A stretch of 64,000 nucleotides of DNA, from the NCBI GenBank assembly GCA_027604505.1, contig JADIIX010000034.1:62001-126000 (forward strand), in the 5' to 3' direction. This document shows, in pieces, positions 1-12,889 of this stretch. A program made the translations under genes and the position numbers. Origin of the DNA: Gonapodya sp. JEL0774. Its lineage: Eukaryota. Under the pieces are notes generated by a model that saw nothing but the letters and a program-made list of their open reading frames with translations, was not told the origin of the DNA and ran no database searches. Each line of letters begins with the position of its first letter. Positions within the stretch are counted from its first letter, which is position 1.

Positions 1-394
1 AAGCCTCCACCCTTCGAGCTACTCAACAACTGCGTTGCCGTGATAGGAAGAGTGTGGCGTAAGAAGCCCACCTCGCAAAATAATGGCAGCCCGAAGGAGA
101 TCATCGGCACTAAACTACGCTAGAAAAAATCTCCCAAATCTAGCCCAGTCTAGCTTGGCCACCTGCACGAGACACCTCTCACCCAATGTGCCTCGCCGGG
201 GCTCTCGCACAATCCACCCAGGAAGGGCGTGTGCAGTGGGTCACTTTGCAAAACACAGGAGTCGAGAAATCGAGATCAAAAACAATACCAGGCTTTGTAA
301 AGAATAAGCAGAACATTTATTGGCTTTCCTCCAGCAAACAGCATTTTACAATAGACAACCTAAAGAGCCATTTGGAATACTTTCCATCCACTCA

Positions 395-1938
395 TCAGGA
401 GGAAGTGTATGTGATGTCGGAAGTCTTGTACAGACAGAACTTGCTGTCTGGGCCAGATGTGTCGCTGGTGAACTTCTTGCAGATCGGCTGAGTGAGGTGG
501 TAGATCGTTAAAGATGAGGTTCTTTTCGCACCATGAAGTGCCTGTACAGCTCACTCACCCAACTAGTACCGAACGAAGAGGGAATACTGATCTTGGATAA
601 CTTGGCTGTGTCTGACGCCTTGTCCGTGTTGATTCCAACGAACGCTTCTCCCGGGACCCCGTGTGCCTGTCACATGCGAAGTGTTGGACTGCAAACTTCC
701 AGCATGATATGACAAGATTTGCTCCTAGAACTTACTCGAACGCTTGTGACTTCCACGTTCCTGTTCGGGTACCCGCAGCCGCCGCAAGATCGATAGAATT
801 TTGCTTTGCCCTTGTAATTGTAGTAGACATCGATGTTCGAAAGCTTGGCTGTACCGGCTCCGTTGTGTTGCACGGCCTTGTCGTTAAATCCACTGCACGT
901 TTGGATTCAAGCAGATCTTTGGCGTTTGCGGAATACGGAGTGACCGGAACGAAAAACTCACTTGACTGCACCACCGTTCCAGGACATGACACACGACGTG
1001 CAAGAGGTCGGGTTCTTGAAAGAGAGCGAGTCTTCGCAAGTCTCCTCGAACCAGACGTTACTGAGGGTGCACGATCCCAGACAGTAGACCGCTATATGGT
1101 CAGAGAGGATAAAGTGTGTTCAAGATTCGCCAGGTTAACCAACCTTCACGGTGGATGGAAAAACAGTGGTCATGAAAGTCCGTACTCACAATCTTTGACC
1201 TCACGTCCGATAATGACGTTTTGTAGTGTTGCACCATCGTTGAGGAGGAAAATAGTGTCAGCGCTGCCAGGCTCTGGGAGTGTGTTGAATAACCAAGAGT
1301 CTGTGGTGCTCAATCAGAAGAGAAACAATTCGTTTGATCTCACCGATATCCAGGCAATTGTTCGCGCCTCTGTACCCTGCACCACGATCGTAGCGGTACA
1401 TGCCACCGTCAAAAGTGCCCGAAACCGTAATCGGCGACGTGCAAGAGCGGGAACCAGTAGCCTTCGGGAAGGTACTCGGAAGTCCACTGGGAGGTCCAGT
1501 GCTTGAAGATTTGCACTGAGACGGGAGGGGGGATGCCGCACGACGGTTGAGCTCGACGAGGCTGTAATAAAGCGGGCAGTACGGGTCAGTTCCTCCTTCG
1601 GTATGAAGGTTTCAGATTCACGTTACGTACTCGCCCCGCTTTCTGAGGAGGAAGTCCTCGTGACGAGCTTCCATTTCGAAATCCCCGTCGACCGTCATCT
1701 CACCGACTAGATCCCTTGCCGTCAAGATATGGTCAGATTTTTCCTGGTAGGAAGTGAGTTCAATTGAGTACGAATATCACTACAGAACGGTACAAGCTGT
1801 CCACGTGCAACCAAAAACAATGTTCTGTGCACTTACAATGTTGAAGTCGCTCTCATCGTGCTTCATGTGCACACGAGCGGGTGCTGCAATTGCAGAGAGC
1901 GCGAGAAGGAGGAATCCGATAGATTTGATGGCAACCAT
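395..1938 (-). CDS. Secreted pectate lyase, polysaccharide lyase family 3 (multi-exon)
   Basis: Spliced translation gives signal peptide [20 protein letters not shown], a pro-region with dibasic sites (LLRKR, LNRR), then PL3 motifs [52 protein letters not shown] and FYRSCGGC. The last exon ends ...DITYTSS-TGA at 395. Confidence 0.9.
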
Positions 1939-1973
1939 ACTTTTCGAATTCTTTCGCTTGACATTGAAAGCAC

Positions 1974-1981
1974 CTTTTATA
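1974..1981 (-). promoter_or_regulatory. Probable TATA box of the pectate lyase gene
   Basis: TATAAAAG on the minus strand about 35 nt upstream of the ATG at 1938. Confidence 0.5.
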
Positions 1982-2977
1982 TCGATGGACCCTTTGTTCG
2001 GTTTATTAAAACGCGTCTACCTGAACAAGGTTAAAGAATAAGTAAGGTCGTAAGGGCGAACCCAGAATTTTGAACAAACCTGCCGTAGCTATCATGTTGC
2101 ATTTGCATAAATGTGCTTAGTTTGCCGACGAAGCGCTTTTTGTCGCCTCGATACCGGTTCTCCTTCAAGTGGCGTGTTAATATAGCTATATGGAACCATG
2201 CGTGAAAGTGCGGGCCTGGTGTCTCCCACGGGAAGAATCTTGCCTGACCCACCGCAGTGTTTTGAATTCCCTTTCCAGGCGGAAATTTTCACAATATTTC
2301 GGGAATATATAGCTTATGTACAGCAAGTTGAGTTACGCATCTTGTGGTGTGTATCTGCGATCTCGGAAAGTTGAATGAGGGCTAATGAAATCCCCGGAGA
2401 AGGACTTTACCTGACAATGACCGCGACCCGTGACGAGCACTCAGACAATTGTACTTTTCGCGGTACAAAATGTTTTTCATGGTCAAATATACATGTTTAG
2501 GCACCGTGCCATCGTCCGAGCTTATCACAGCCATTCCATTCGCCCTCGGCCCCACCCGGCTCTGTTTTGCTGTTTCATCTCCATTTTGAGAGCCCACCCC
2601 CAAGTCACCCCAACCAATACATTCACGCATTACTCTTCATAGCCAGACACTTCTGATACGCTCATGAAGCTCCTTTGGAAAACAATGCATTCCTCTTGCA
2701 GCGCGATTCTTGCCTCTCTTTTGAGTAGGTTGTGGACGGAGCATTAATTCAGAGCAAGGAATAAATCGATTATGGTTTGTTCGTGGATGTTGTCGGCAGT
2801 TGGTTTTGTTGGACACCCCACCTTCGCCAACTGAATCCTTCGTGTCCATCCTCCCAAACTGTCCCAATAATCCGACGAATCCGTCTCGATCATCACTGCC
2901 CTGATTCATTTTGAAGCGATTATTCCTCTTCGCCAGCCCATCACCCCCCATCGGATTCCCCGGTATTGCGATCCGCA

Positions 2978-5900
2978 ATGCCGTCACCGACTGTCCACAT
3001 TATGTCGAAGTCGGCACGATACCAGCCCAGTCCTTGGAAGAGATTCGGTCTTCTGGTCAATAATGAGCAATGTATGTCAATATTGATGGCTTCGATGGCG
3101 AATCGTCTCCCCTCCGCGTGCGATCCTCATCCCATCCATTTTGATTCTCATTCAACTTCGTCGTACTAAGTCCACCTTTCCTCGAAGTGCATTATCAGTA
3201 TCCGAGGCACCAAGCGAGTGGGGAAGATGTACCTGTGAGTTACACAGCCTCCTGGATACTTGTGCTGTTCTCAACAATGAGCTGCATCCTTACAGATTTG
3301 AGCACCACCTATGCTTTCAGTACCTCAAGAGCACTTTCAGTCACACCCATGGTATCATATGCCTGTCCCCGAACCAGCAGTGCGACCACTTGGAGACACC
3401 CGTTGGCCTGATGTCCACGGCTTGCCCGAACCGACGACTGACCATTTCGAAATCAGATTCTTTCATGCACACACTAAAGTTGGAGATTTCCGTCGACGGA
3501 GTTCTCCAACTGGATCTTGGGTTTCTCTTTCACTTCAAAAAGGCACGCAATAGCATCTATGCGGAGCTGGAGAAGCTCATTGAGTGGGTATCTTCCTCGA
3601 ACAGGTCTTTTTGACGGTCCTTACATTATGGTGTTTTACTTAGGAAGTACCGTGCTCCCATCGCGTCATTATCACCTTCATTCGTAACCGATGATCGGCC
3701 CGCCGATCATGGGGACACGCCTGATGTATTGGAACTGTGTCGCTTCCCTTCTCAAATGGTCGACACCCTTGCACCCAGTGACAACACCGTCGTTCGAGCT
3801 CTCAACAGCGAAGCCCTGTGCTCTCGACCCGTCAAACATGTCACCATCTTCACGATCGGCTCCAGAGGGGATGTCCAACCATTTGTTCGACTGGGAAAGG
3901 TGCTAAAATCCCAGGGTTACAATGTTCGCATCGCAACTTTCACCGAATTCCAACGATTTGTTGAGAGCCACGGTCTTGAATTTGCCCCCGTCGCCGGAGA
4001 CCCCGTGACCATCATGGCCTTTGCTACCGAGAAAGGCATGTTCACCCCAAGCTTCCTGGTCGAAGGGCAGCTCATCCTTCGACCGTGGATCGATGATATG
4101 ATGCTGACGGCATATCAAGCGTGTCGTGGAACTGATCTGTTAATCGGCACACCGTCTGCAATGTGCGGCGTCCACATCGCCGAGGCTTACGGGATCCCGG
4201 TAATTCGACTCCTCTCTGCAGCATTACACTCACATTGTCGCTCACCATTGATTTCTTTTAGTACATTTCGGCAATGACCATGCCTTGGCACGCCACTCGA
4301 TACTTCCCTCACCCATTCTTTGTGCCCAACGGAGTAAAGAGCGGCAGGTACAACTTGCTGGTGAGAATCAAGAGCCTTAGACCGCTGATTTGATGTTGCG
4401 CATATGTGTTTAATGTATACTTTGCTTCTCGGTATTAGACTCACAAATTGACTTTTGACGGTATGGCTCTTGGAATGTACATGTGAGCGATCGTATCTGT
4501 ACGAAAGGAGTTCAGGTTTACAAATCGCTCAATGATGGCTTACACCAGGCAAACGAACAAATTTCGGCGTCGCATCGGTCTGGCACCGGCACCGCTCGCA
4601 GGACCCATTCGAATGAGGGACATCCCCACTGTTTATTGCTACTGTGAGCCCATAATTTTGCAGCGCGTCAAATCAGCCGTGTCTGATGCTAGTCATACTT
4701 TTACTTTGCAGCACCGAGTGTTCTCCCGCCGCCATCGGACTGGCCTGAAACTGCTCATGTAGCGGGCTACTTCTTCCTGGATAATCCCGACGTTGAATTT
4801 ACACCACCTGCTCCTCTCATTGAGTTTTTCGCTAAGTACAAAGGAGTAGTGCCTATTCTCTACATCGGAATGGGTTCGATCGTAATTGACGACCCCACAA
4901 ACTTCACTCGCATCATTCTCGAGGCGGCCACGCGTACTGGAATCGCGTGTATTGTTTCCGAAGGGTGGAGTGGCCGTGGAAAGTCTCGTCCAGCTGAAAT
5001 GGACGCCATCACATGGCCTGAGCATGTGATGAAGATCGGAGCGCTTCCTCACGATTACCTCTTCCGTCAAGTGGATGGAGTGATTCACCACGGTGGTGCG
5101 GGTACTGTCGCGGCTGGTTTAAGGGCAGGAAAGCCCACCGCTGTGCATCCGTTCTTCGGAGATCAGGTGAGAAGCAGTTTGGAGACACCGCATACGTGAA
5201 TCTCCTGACATTCTGGGTCACATCGTCCATTCATTCAGGATTTCTGGGGAGATATCTTGGAAAGGACACACCTTGGTGTTCGGTAAGATTTGATATCTGT
5301 TTCATTGGCATGAGAAGGGGTAAAGTTGCTTCTGATCGGGTTGAATCCTTTGTGCCTACAGAATAAAGAAAACTACTGTTGAAGACTTCGTGCAGGCCAT
5401 GAAGTTGATCACTTCGGACTCTGCCATGAAATCCAACGCGTTGCGAATAGCTGATCTGATCGCTTCTGAAGACGGCGCCACGGCTGCGGCTGCAATCATC
5501 GAACGAGAACTTCCACTGGCCAGAGCGCAAATGCGCACAGTACTGGAGCAAGCTGCCAAGGCGAAGGAAAGTCGACGGTCCATGTCTATTCGTATCTCGT
5601 TCGAAGCAATTACGAGCTCGCTTCCTCGCCCACCAAGTCCAACTCAAGTTTTGGAGGCTGTTACAGCTCCTGTCACATGGATCATGACCAGTAGAAGGGG
5701 TTCTCTACCAGCTGCCGAAGTCGTGGAACCGCCCAAAAACCACAATAGCAACGATGGCGACATATCGGATTCTCTGGATCCTATCAAAACACACAATGAG
5801 GATGTCGGGGCGGCAGCATCGCTGACCAATGAAAAGAGTGCCATGAAGAAATTCATTGGCTTGTTGCGAAAATGGACTGGTGCTAGTGTCAAGACACATA

Positions 5901-6310
5901 GCGCCAGTGACACGCAAGGGACTGGTATTGTCCAGGAGAACGAATTCCAAACACCCCAAAAGTCCTACAAAAGCCCTGGCGGCTCTCCAATTCTTCAATC
6001 ACGCGCACGATGGAGTTGGTTCCGAAATCCATCTTCAAAGCACCACCAAATCGCCCCCGAATCGACAACAACATTGACGGCTCAGTCAACTCTCTGGAGG
6101 TCACCAACTTCGCGTACCGTCTCGACCAGTCTGCAGAGAGCGTCTGCTGACGACTTGTCGGAGGTGGTCCAGTTTTCGGAGGGTGACGACGATGATGGTT
6201 GTCTTCATGACAATGATTCAGAGCAGGAGATCTCCAGGGCGATGGAGAAGTACCAAAAACTCTACGAGAGGGTACGCGTGATGACACAAGATGAGGTTGC
6301 GTCTTGCTGA
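2978..6310 (+). CDS. Sterol 3-beta-glucosyltransferase-like protein (UGT51/ATG26 family, GT1), multi-exon
   Basis: Motifs HVTIFTIGSRGDVQPF, GVHIAEAYGIP, TMPW, ILYIGMGSIV, PHDYLF..VIHHGGAGTVAAGLRAGKPT..PFFGDQ and EDGATAA, followed by a long Ser/Thr-rich tail. The start codon is approximate. Confidence 0.85.
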
Positions 6311-6617
6311 TCTGGATGCGATGGAGATTTGGGAGCTCTTTGATTTGAGTGTGTGAGGTGTTGACGGGACCGCGCGTGCAAAGGGGAAGGACTCGCTTCG
6401 GACTTACACATGTCGAACAAACACATATATCCTGGTACATATTGTACAGTGCTCTGTCAAATAAAGTTTTGATCTTTGTCACTTCTGACACAAACTTTTG
6501 ATTCAACACATTGCTTGAGTGTATCCGAAACGTTGGCGGTTCAAACAATGGAGATGTATGTATGTGCTCATCATGATCACCATGCCGCTGATATTAACTA
6601 AGAGGATCAAATACACC

Positions 6618-9155
6618 TTATAATCCGTGCAGTCTAGCCAAAGTGTTGTGAATTGCACTTCCGAGTTCTTCAGCTGTCAACCTCCTCTCCTCTACTCTGA
6701 CATTCCCGCCACGCACTGCGCCAGTTCCATTGATCGTAAAACCTCCTGGAAACGCAACAAAAGTCCCGCCAGGGTTTGGTCCAGTATGACTGTGCACCAC
6801 GAACGCCGCATTTCGACCTTGGCTCCTCCCTGCCCGCCCATCGTCCGTCTCCCAGCCACTCTCGTTCTCGTCCGAACCTTCACCGGTATCTTCCCACCCA
6901 TCAGAGTCTCCAGTGGGAGTAAGGGCTGAAGGATTCGATGCTCCTTCACTTGAAGTAGGGTCTGTGGCTGTGGTGGTGGATGCGACGGCGTTGGGTCTGG
7001 CAGTTGTAGCTGGACAAGTCGATGGCTGGTGAGGTGCTGCGGCTGGAGCGGTAGAGGAGCCGGAGAGAGTAGATGAGTTTGCGCGGTTGGAAGCCTGACG
7101 CCTCCTAGTGGCAGCTATTTCATCCTCATCAGAGCTCGACTCCAACCCAGGTGGCACATCATCATCTTCGTCTTCATCTTCGCCTTCCACTCTGGGGGTG
7201 GTGGAACTTCCTCCGGCCGCTTGCCTCTGAAATGCTCTTGGTCGCCCGTCTTCGTCGCTGCTCGAGTTTGGCATCAATCCAGGCGGTTCATCGTCATCGT
7301 CAACTCTTCGAGATGGTAGCTGTGTTGCGGCAGCCCGGCCCCTGGTCCCTCCGCGTCCACGTCCAGGTCCACGTCCCCGTTGACTGTAGGAGGTCGAATG
7401 TCGCACAGCATCAACGCCAGAGTCCGAACTGTCAAGAACTTCTGGCATATCCGCAACTTCGTCAGTGTCCGAGCGGGAATCAAGGTTCGGGTGGATTCCT
7501 TGTGCACCCACAGCGCCAATGACAGCTCGACTCCCCACACCCCTCGCCCTTGCTCGACCACGTCCACCACCACGCATACCCCGTCTCCCCCTACTAGTCC
7601 CCCCCAAAGCGTCCGAATCCGAATCCGAACTCACGAGTGGAGGCAAATCGTCGTCCGTCTCTCCACGTACTCCAGCCCCACCTCTCGGTCCGGATGACGG
7701 ACGACCTCTGCCCCCAGAACCCACCCCGCGTGCCCTGTTCGCTCTCGCCGATTCAAGAGATGCAAAGAAACCACCGCTAGCACCCTCTTCGTCTGTCTCA
7801 TGGGCAGACTCATCGGACGACAAACCGGGTGGCCTTGAAGAATCTGTCCCTTCGTCCGAAACCGAAATATCATCATTCGAGTCATCATTGGGGATTGGGA
7901 GAGCGTTTGCGACTTGCATTTCCGCCAGTACAGCAGCAGCATGTTCCCTGAATGCCGTCAGTGCATCGGACGACTGAACACGAGGAGTGGCATGCGACCC
8001 AAACTGAGGTTCCGGCTCCGATACCACCCTTTGGCCTCTAACGGACCCCGCTGCCGCTCGCCCACGAGCACCAGGTGCAGCGGTGCTCGCGGCGGTGTTG
8101 TGCGTGGCAGGACCGCCTCGGGTAGGGCGGGAAGAACCGGAGTGTCCTCTTGCTGCTCCACGCCCAGCATTCCGGGTTGTTGCGCTCTCCCCACCTCCAC
8201 TTGCAGACCCTCCCGTCCAATCAAACAACCCACCCCACCTCCCTCCCGGCCCGATGATTCCCGCGCCAAGCACATTCTGTAAATTCTCGCCCATCGCAGG
8301 ACCACCTGCTCCGACCTGACCCGTGTTATTTATCAGTTGCACAAAGGCCGGAGAGCCGTTGAAGAGCTCGGAAAGTGTCATGGAGGCGAATTCGGCGATC
8401 GAGGGGGTTGGACGGTTGATCGGACCCGAGCTGTAATTCCAGGTTCCCGGTTGGCTTGCGCGGCACAAAGGGCAGGTGAGGCGGGCTTCCATGTTGACGT
8501 TTGGTGGCGGGAACAATCCGGTCAATGAGAGTGGTGAGAAGTTAATCCGCTACTCAATCTTTGTAACTGATAAGAGACGGCGAGCAGTGCATCACAGATA
8601 TACTACTGCCCGCAGATCTCGTGGCGAAGGTCGCCAGGATCTTGCTACCGCAGCGACGGTTTCATTTCCCCGCAGTACAGCCGTATTCACTTTCCCAGAT
8701 AACCGATGATGGAACTGATTGCCTCAGGCCAAAAAGGCAACTCACTCCGACTCCGGCACTGGTATGCCTCACACGTGCCCATAACAAGTGCTCAAAGCTG
8801 TGTTCATTGGTTTCAGTGGTCATTTCCGGACGATGCTGTCTCCGACTCAGATGTACGGGCATAAACAACACCGAAGCTGAGCCTCACCCGAAGCATTAAA
8901 AGCCGTTCCAAGACAGTCAAAGTGGAAAGTGTGTTTACAAACGAGCTCGACTTTCGGCCTCAGGTTCATGCGCTCCAAACAAATCGAACAGTCCTCCTCT
9001 GGTGAAGTCGGTTGACTGGAACCGTCGGTATACGAATGAAGCAGCTTTGTTTCCGCTCCCGTGCCCATCTCAGTTTGTTTGCTGCTGATCGCTTCCCTCC
9101 CATCTGATCTCGTCCCGCCCATTCCGGGCTGATTCGAATGCTCAATGGTTTCCAT
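6618..9155 (-). CDS. RING-H2 finger protein (putative E3 ligase) with a long Gly/Arg/acidic disordered tail
   Basis: Exon 1 encodes CSIC..CKHTFHFDC. It joins across a roughly 400-nt intron (about 8887-8487) to LTCPLCR in ORF 6618..8525. Confidence 0.75.
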
Positions 9156-9445
9156 CGAGGTTGTCGAGTTGCGCAGGCGTAGTCAAGCACAATCAACACG
9201 ATCAAGAGAGTTGATGTCTTGAAATGCCAGCGAGACGTGGAACTGATGTGCCGTTCCAGCAAGTCATCACTTCGGTGACGAGCAAAATTAGTTCTGCACA
9301 AAACCGCCTTGCATAACCTAATAATTCCAAAGGGCAGATATCTGCAGCCGCTGGTGAGTTTCCGAAAATGTGAATGTGTCACTGCCCACTGGCCTGCCGT
9401 GACGTGGTATTAGTTCATGACCACCACCAACTACTCCACTCAATC

Positions 9446-9690
9446 ATGGTCGCAATAAAAGCCATTGATCCCTTCTAAGCTCGCCCTCTCTGCGGCTGCA
9501 GCACCCGCTCATGTGACATGAAGAAGCGACTTTCGTTCGCGCAAATCATCATATGCCATTTTGTAGCGATATTCTAACTCTCTTGAATTGACTTCATGCT
9601 CAGGAAAAATCTGATCATATCTTGATGGCAAGGGATCCAGTCGATGACATGACGGTCGACGGTGATTTTGGAAGCTTCTCACGGGGACTT
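9446..9690 (+). pseudogene. Decayed 5' fragment (exons 1-2) paralogous to the pectate lyase at 395-1938
   Basis: ATGGTCGCAATAAAAGCCATT..CTCGCCCTCTCTGCGGCTGCAGCACCCGCTC and CAGGAAAAATCTGATCATATCTTGATGGCAAGGGATCCAGTCGATGACATGACGGTCGACGG align by eye to PL3 exons 1 and 2. There is an early TAA with indels, and no catalytic exons follow. Confidence 0.8.
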
Positions 9691-9948
9691 TGTGCATCTG
9701 GTGTCCATCATTGCATTTTACAGTGCATAGGACATCGCTTGGACGAGTTTAGCAATTGGATGAATCATTTAATTTTGGAGCAAAGTAGAATCATTTGTCC
9801 CATGGGTGTTTATAGAAAGAAGAATGAAAGGAGCGTGCGGACAGCAACCCCATCATGAAGGAAGCTCTGTGGCCTCCGTCCTGGCTACCATGATGGTGAT
9901 CAGCTTGTCAGGGCATCATTCATTCCCACAGCCAAATTCAATAATCTG

Positions 9949-11451
9949 ATGACTGCAATCGCATCTTCAAGTCCACGAAAGTGGGATGCACGATTTGCCG
10001 GACATGTTCCGCATGATTGTAAGTGCCCTGCTCCTTACGAAAGATATCGTTGAACAGCTCCAACCATCCAACACCCCAGTTTCTTATTACCAAAAGTGCC
10101 TCCTCGGAGGAGTTCTCGCTTGCGGAATCACTCACGCGGGCGTCACGCCTCTAGATGTCGCAAAAACAAACGTGCAGGTGATTCACGCACGTTCTTCGCT
10201 GGAAATGTCCAGCTTTCCCATCAGACAGTTTTCATGTTTGACCCACTGACCTTCACAAACCAATTTGGCAACGCTCTTTCGATCCATCTTGTTTTCTTGA
10301 TTTGCAGGTTGACCCGCTCAAGTATACATCATCGACTCGTGCCCTCGCACTGATTGCAAAAGAAGAAGGAGCGGCAGCAGTGTTCAAGGGTGTAGTTCCT
10401 ACATTTATTGGGTACTCCCTCCAGGGAGCGTTTAAATTTGGATTGTACGAGGTGAGGACAATGTTATGGAGGAGAGTCTTAAAGCACCTTTGACACCGTG
10501 TGCTCGTCCTCCAGGTTTTCAAGGACACATATTCGAATTTGGCAGGGGAGTCCGCCGCAAAACAATACCGACCATGGATATGGGTCGTTGCTTCTGCCTC
10601 TGCTGAATTTTTTGCTGGTGAGCCCCCCATTCACACGACTTTGGGAGCATGTTTCTGCAGCACAAGACTCACAAAATCCCCCAAAGATATTGCCCTCTGC
10701 CCACTCGAAATGACTAAAATCAAGGTGCAAACAGCTCCGAAAGGAACGTGGCCCACGGAATTTGTCCCCGCTTGGACAAGAATGTGGAGCGAGCGTGCAC
10801 GCACGGGCTTCCCGTACGGTAGTTTACAGGCGCTGTGGGCCCGACAGATTCCCTACACGATCGCAAAGTTTGTATTTTTTGAGCAAGTAAGTGCAACTTC
10901 GACAGTGTAGTGGTTTCTTGACAACATTCTGGATTCTCAACTATTCCTTCATTGTAAGACGGTCTCACTGTTCTACACCTACCTCCTTACAGACCCCAAA
11001 GAAACCTACTCCAAGCTTACACAACTCTCTGTCACGTTTGCGTCAGGATACATTGCCGGCGTGGGTTGCGCGATCGTCAGCCATCCCGCGGATTCGGTGG
11101 TGTCCCTGTTGGGTAAAGATGGGAACAGGTGCGTTCGCAAGGACGCTAGAGGGAGTGTGAAAAAATCCGAGTGGAAATGAGGCGCATATCAACCCGAAAA
11201 ACCAACACACGCGCATCTAATTTGCAGGGGAAAATCTGTCTCAGCACTCGTAAGTGATGCCGGACTTCGTAACATACTCACCAAAGGGCTGGGGACAAGA
11301 ATGCTGATGATTGGCACGCTTACTGGTGAGCAAGGTTTCCCTCACATTGTGTGCATGTTGTTGAAAGTGGGCCTCTCTTTCAGGTCTCCAGTGGTACATC
11401 TACGACACATTCAAGACCTACATGGGCCTTGGAACCACAGGCGGGAAGTGA
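9949..11451 (+). CDS. Mitochondrial phosphate carrier (SLC25A3/MIR1/PIC2 family), multi-exon
   Basis: Three carrier repeats with signatures TPLDVAK, CPLEMTK and SHPADSV, plus GYSLQGAFKFGLYE, LWARQIPYTIAKF and MIGTLTGLQWYIYDTFK. Ends ...GTTGGK-TGA. Confidence 0.92.
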
Positions 11452-11926
11452 CATATGCGTGAGACATTTTGTAATCGTGTTCATTCACACAAGGTTATAG
11501 AAATTCCATTCACGGAATGGAACAGCCGGAAGGATTTGTTTTGGTGGCGTATGCTTTATGTATGCAGATCGGCTTCATACTGCCATGATAACTGCCATGA
11601 TAGACTTGCTCGGCAGTATGAAATGTGTTGCCGGAGGATGATATCGTCATCCTTCTGCCAACACAGTGATCTAGAGAGAATTCAAGAAACGGAGCGTACC
11701 TAGCTCAGATTGTTCCCGGACATTTGCCTCGGTGGATGTCGGCTGGAGTTCAAGAATCAATTCTTGGGAGATGTTTTGTGACTTCTGCAGAAATGCTTCA
11801 TGCTGGTCCACCCACAACCATATGCACTCTGCCTCAAAACGTTTCTCTTTCCCACGCAATCGCAGTCCTGTTCCACCCACGCGATTGTATCCTGTCGCGT
11901 CACCTTTGCAGCGTCAGTTCGTGCTG

Positions 11927-12889
11927 ATGGCATCAGAATCGGTGCAGGTTGCGGGACAATTCGTGGGAGCACACACTTTATCTACAACTCAGCGAGCGAA
12001 AACAGTGTACCTCGTCCGCCACGCCGAATCAGTTGAAAATGTTGCCACTATCGGTCTCCTGGACTCATTCCGGGCGTTGTACTCCAGCCCTCGCCCTCAA
12101 GCTGCCTCTCAGCCTGCGGCTTCAGAACAGAATGTTGGCTTCTTCGGCCGAATATCTGCCCTTGCATCCTCCGTATCAGCATTTAGTTCTACTATTGGCA
12201 CAGACGCTGAGCTGTCCCCACTCGGACGTCAACAGATTGCTGAAGTTCGGGACAAGCTCTTCGCCGCACAGTTTTGGGAGCAGGGCGTTGCCGGTGCGTC
12301 ACCTGGTGGGGCGCCAGAGCTCTTGGTGCACTCAGACCTCAAGCGGACAACAGAGACAGCGTATGGTATTATGGGTCTTCAGCCACCCCACCAGCAGCCG
12401 AAAGCACCAAATGACCGCGATGAAGGGACGTTTTCTGAACCCAGAGTAGTCGCGCCAGGACTTCCTCCGGTGGTTGCTTCGTCGGCGCTGCGAGAACGTG
12501 CTGTATCCGAGTTCTTTACATCCGCGCCCCTTGATAGTCGAGTTGCAAAGTTCACTGAGTGGCTTGCTGCACGGCCTGAACAGACTGTGGTTGTGGTTGG
12601 ACATGCACATCACTTCAAACTCCTTATGAACCACGCAATGCGCGCTGGAGATGAAGCCGTCAAGTGGAAAATGAGGAACCTGGACGTCTGGGAGGGAAGG
12701 TTTGAGTCCGTCGCCAAAACTTCGAGTGAGGAGGGAGGTAGAGGAGCTCCCGACAACTCCGCTGCCAAGGGCCGGACTTTACCAGGATGGTTCGTGCAGG
12801 ATGCGTGGGTGAAGAGGTTTGGCACGGATCAAGCTGAGGTGAATGAACTTTTTGACTACGAGGAGGAGAAAAAGAGCAGACCGGAATAA
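11927..12889 (+). CDS. Histidine phosphatase / phosphoglycerate mutase-like protein (intronless)
   Basis: VYLVRHAES (RHG-type motif), LSPLGRQQ, SDLKRTTETA, LRE and VVVVGH. Confidence 0.8.
   Translation: MASESVQVAGQFVGAHTLSTTQRAKTVYLVRHAESVENVATIGLLDSFRALYSSPRPQAASQPAASEQNVGFFGRISALASSVSAFSSTIGTDAELSPLGRQQIAEVRDKLFAAQFWEQGVAGASPGGAPELLVHSDLKRTTETAYGIMGLQPPHQQPKAPNDRDEGTFSEPRVVAPGLPPVVASSALRERAVSEFFTSAPLDSRVAKFTEWLAARPEQTVVVVGHAHHFKLLMNHAMRAGDEAVKWKMRNLDVWEGRFESVAKTSSEEGGRGAPDNSAAKGRTLPGWFVQDAWVKRFGTDQAEVNELFDYEEEKKSRPE

Noticed and set aside
1..310. Possible 3' end of an upstream plus-strand gene
   Set aside because: No recognisable protein motif in any frame, so it cannot be supported from this window.
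661..1506. 281-aa plus-strand ORF
   Set aside because: Antisense shadow of the pectate lyase exons, with no recognisable motifs.
8487..8887. Long RING-gene intron as a snRNA/snoRNA host (GCCTTTTTGGC is reminiscent of the U2 5' end)
   Set aside because: No U2 branch-pairing GTGTAGTA and no convincing C/D or H/ACA boxes on the transcribed strand.
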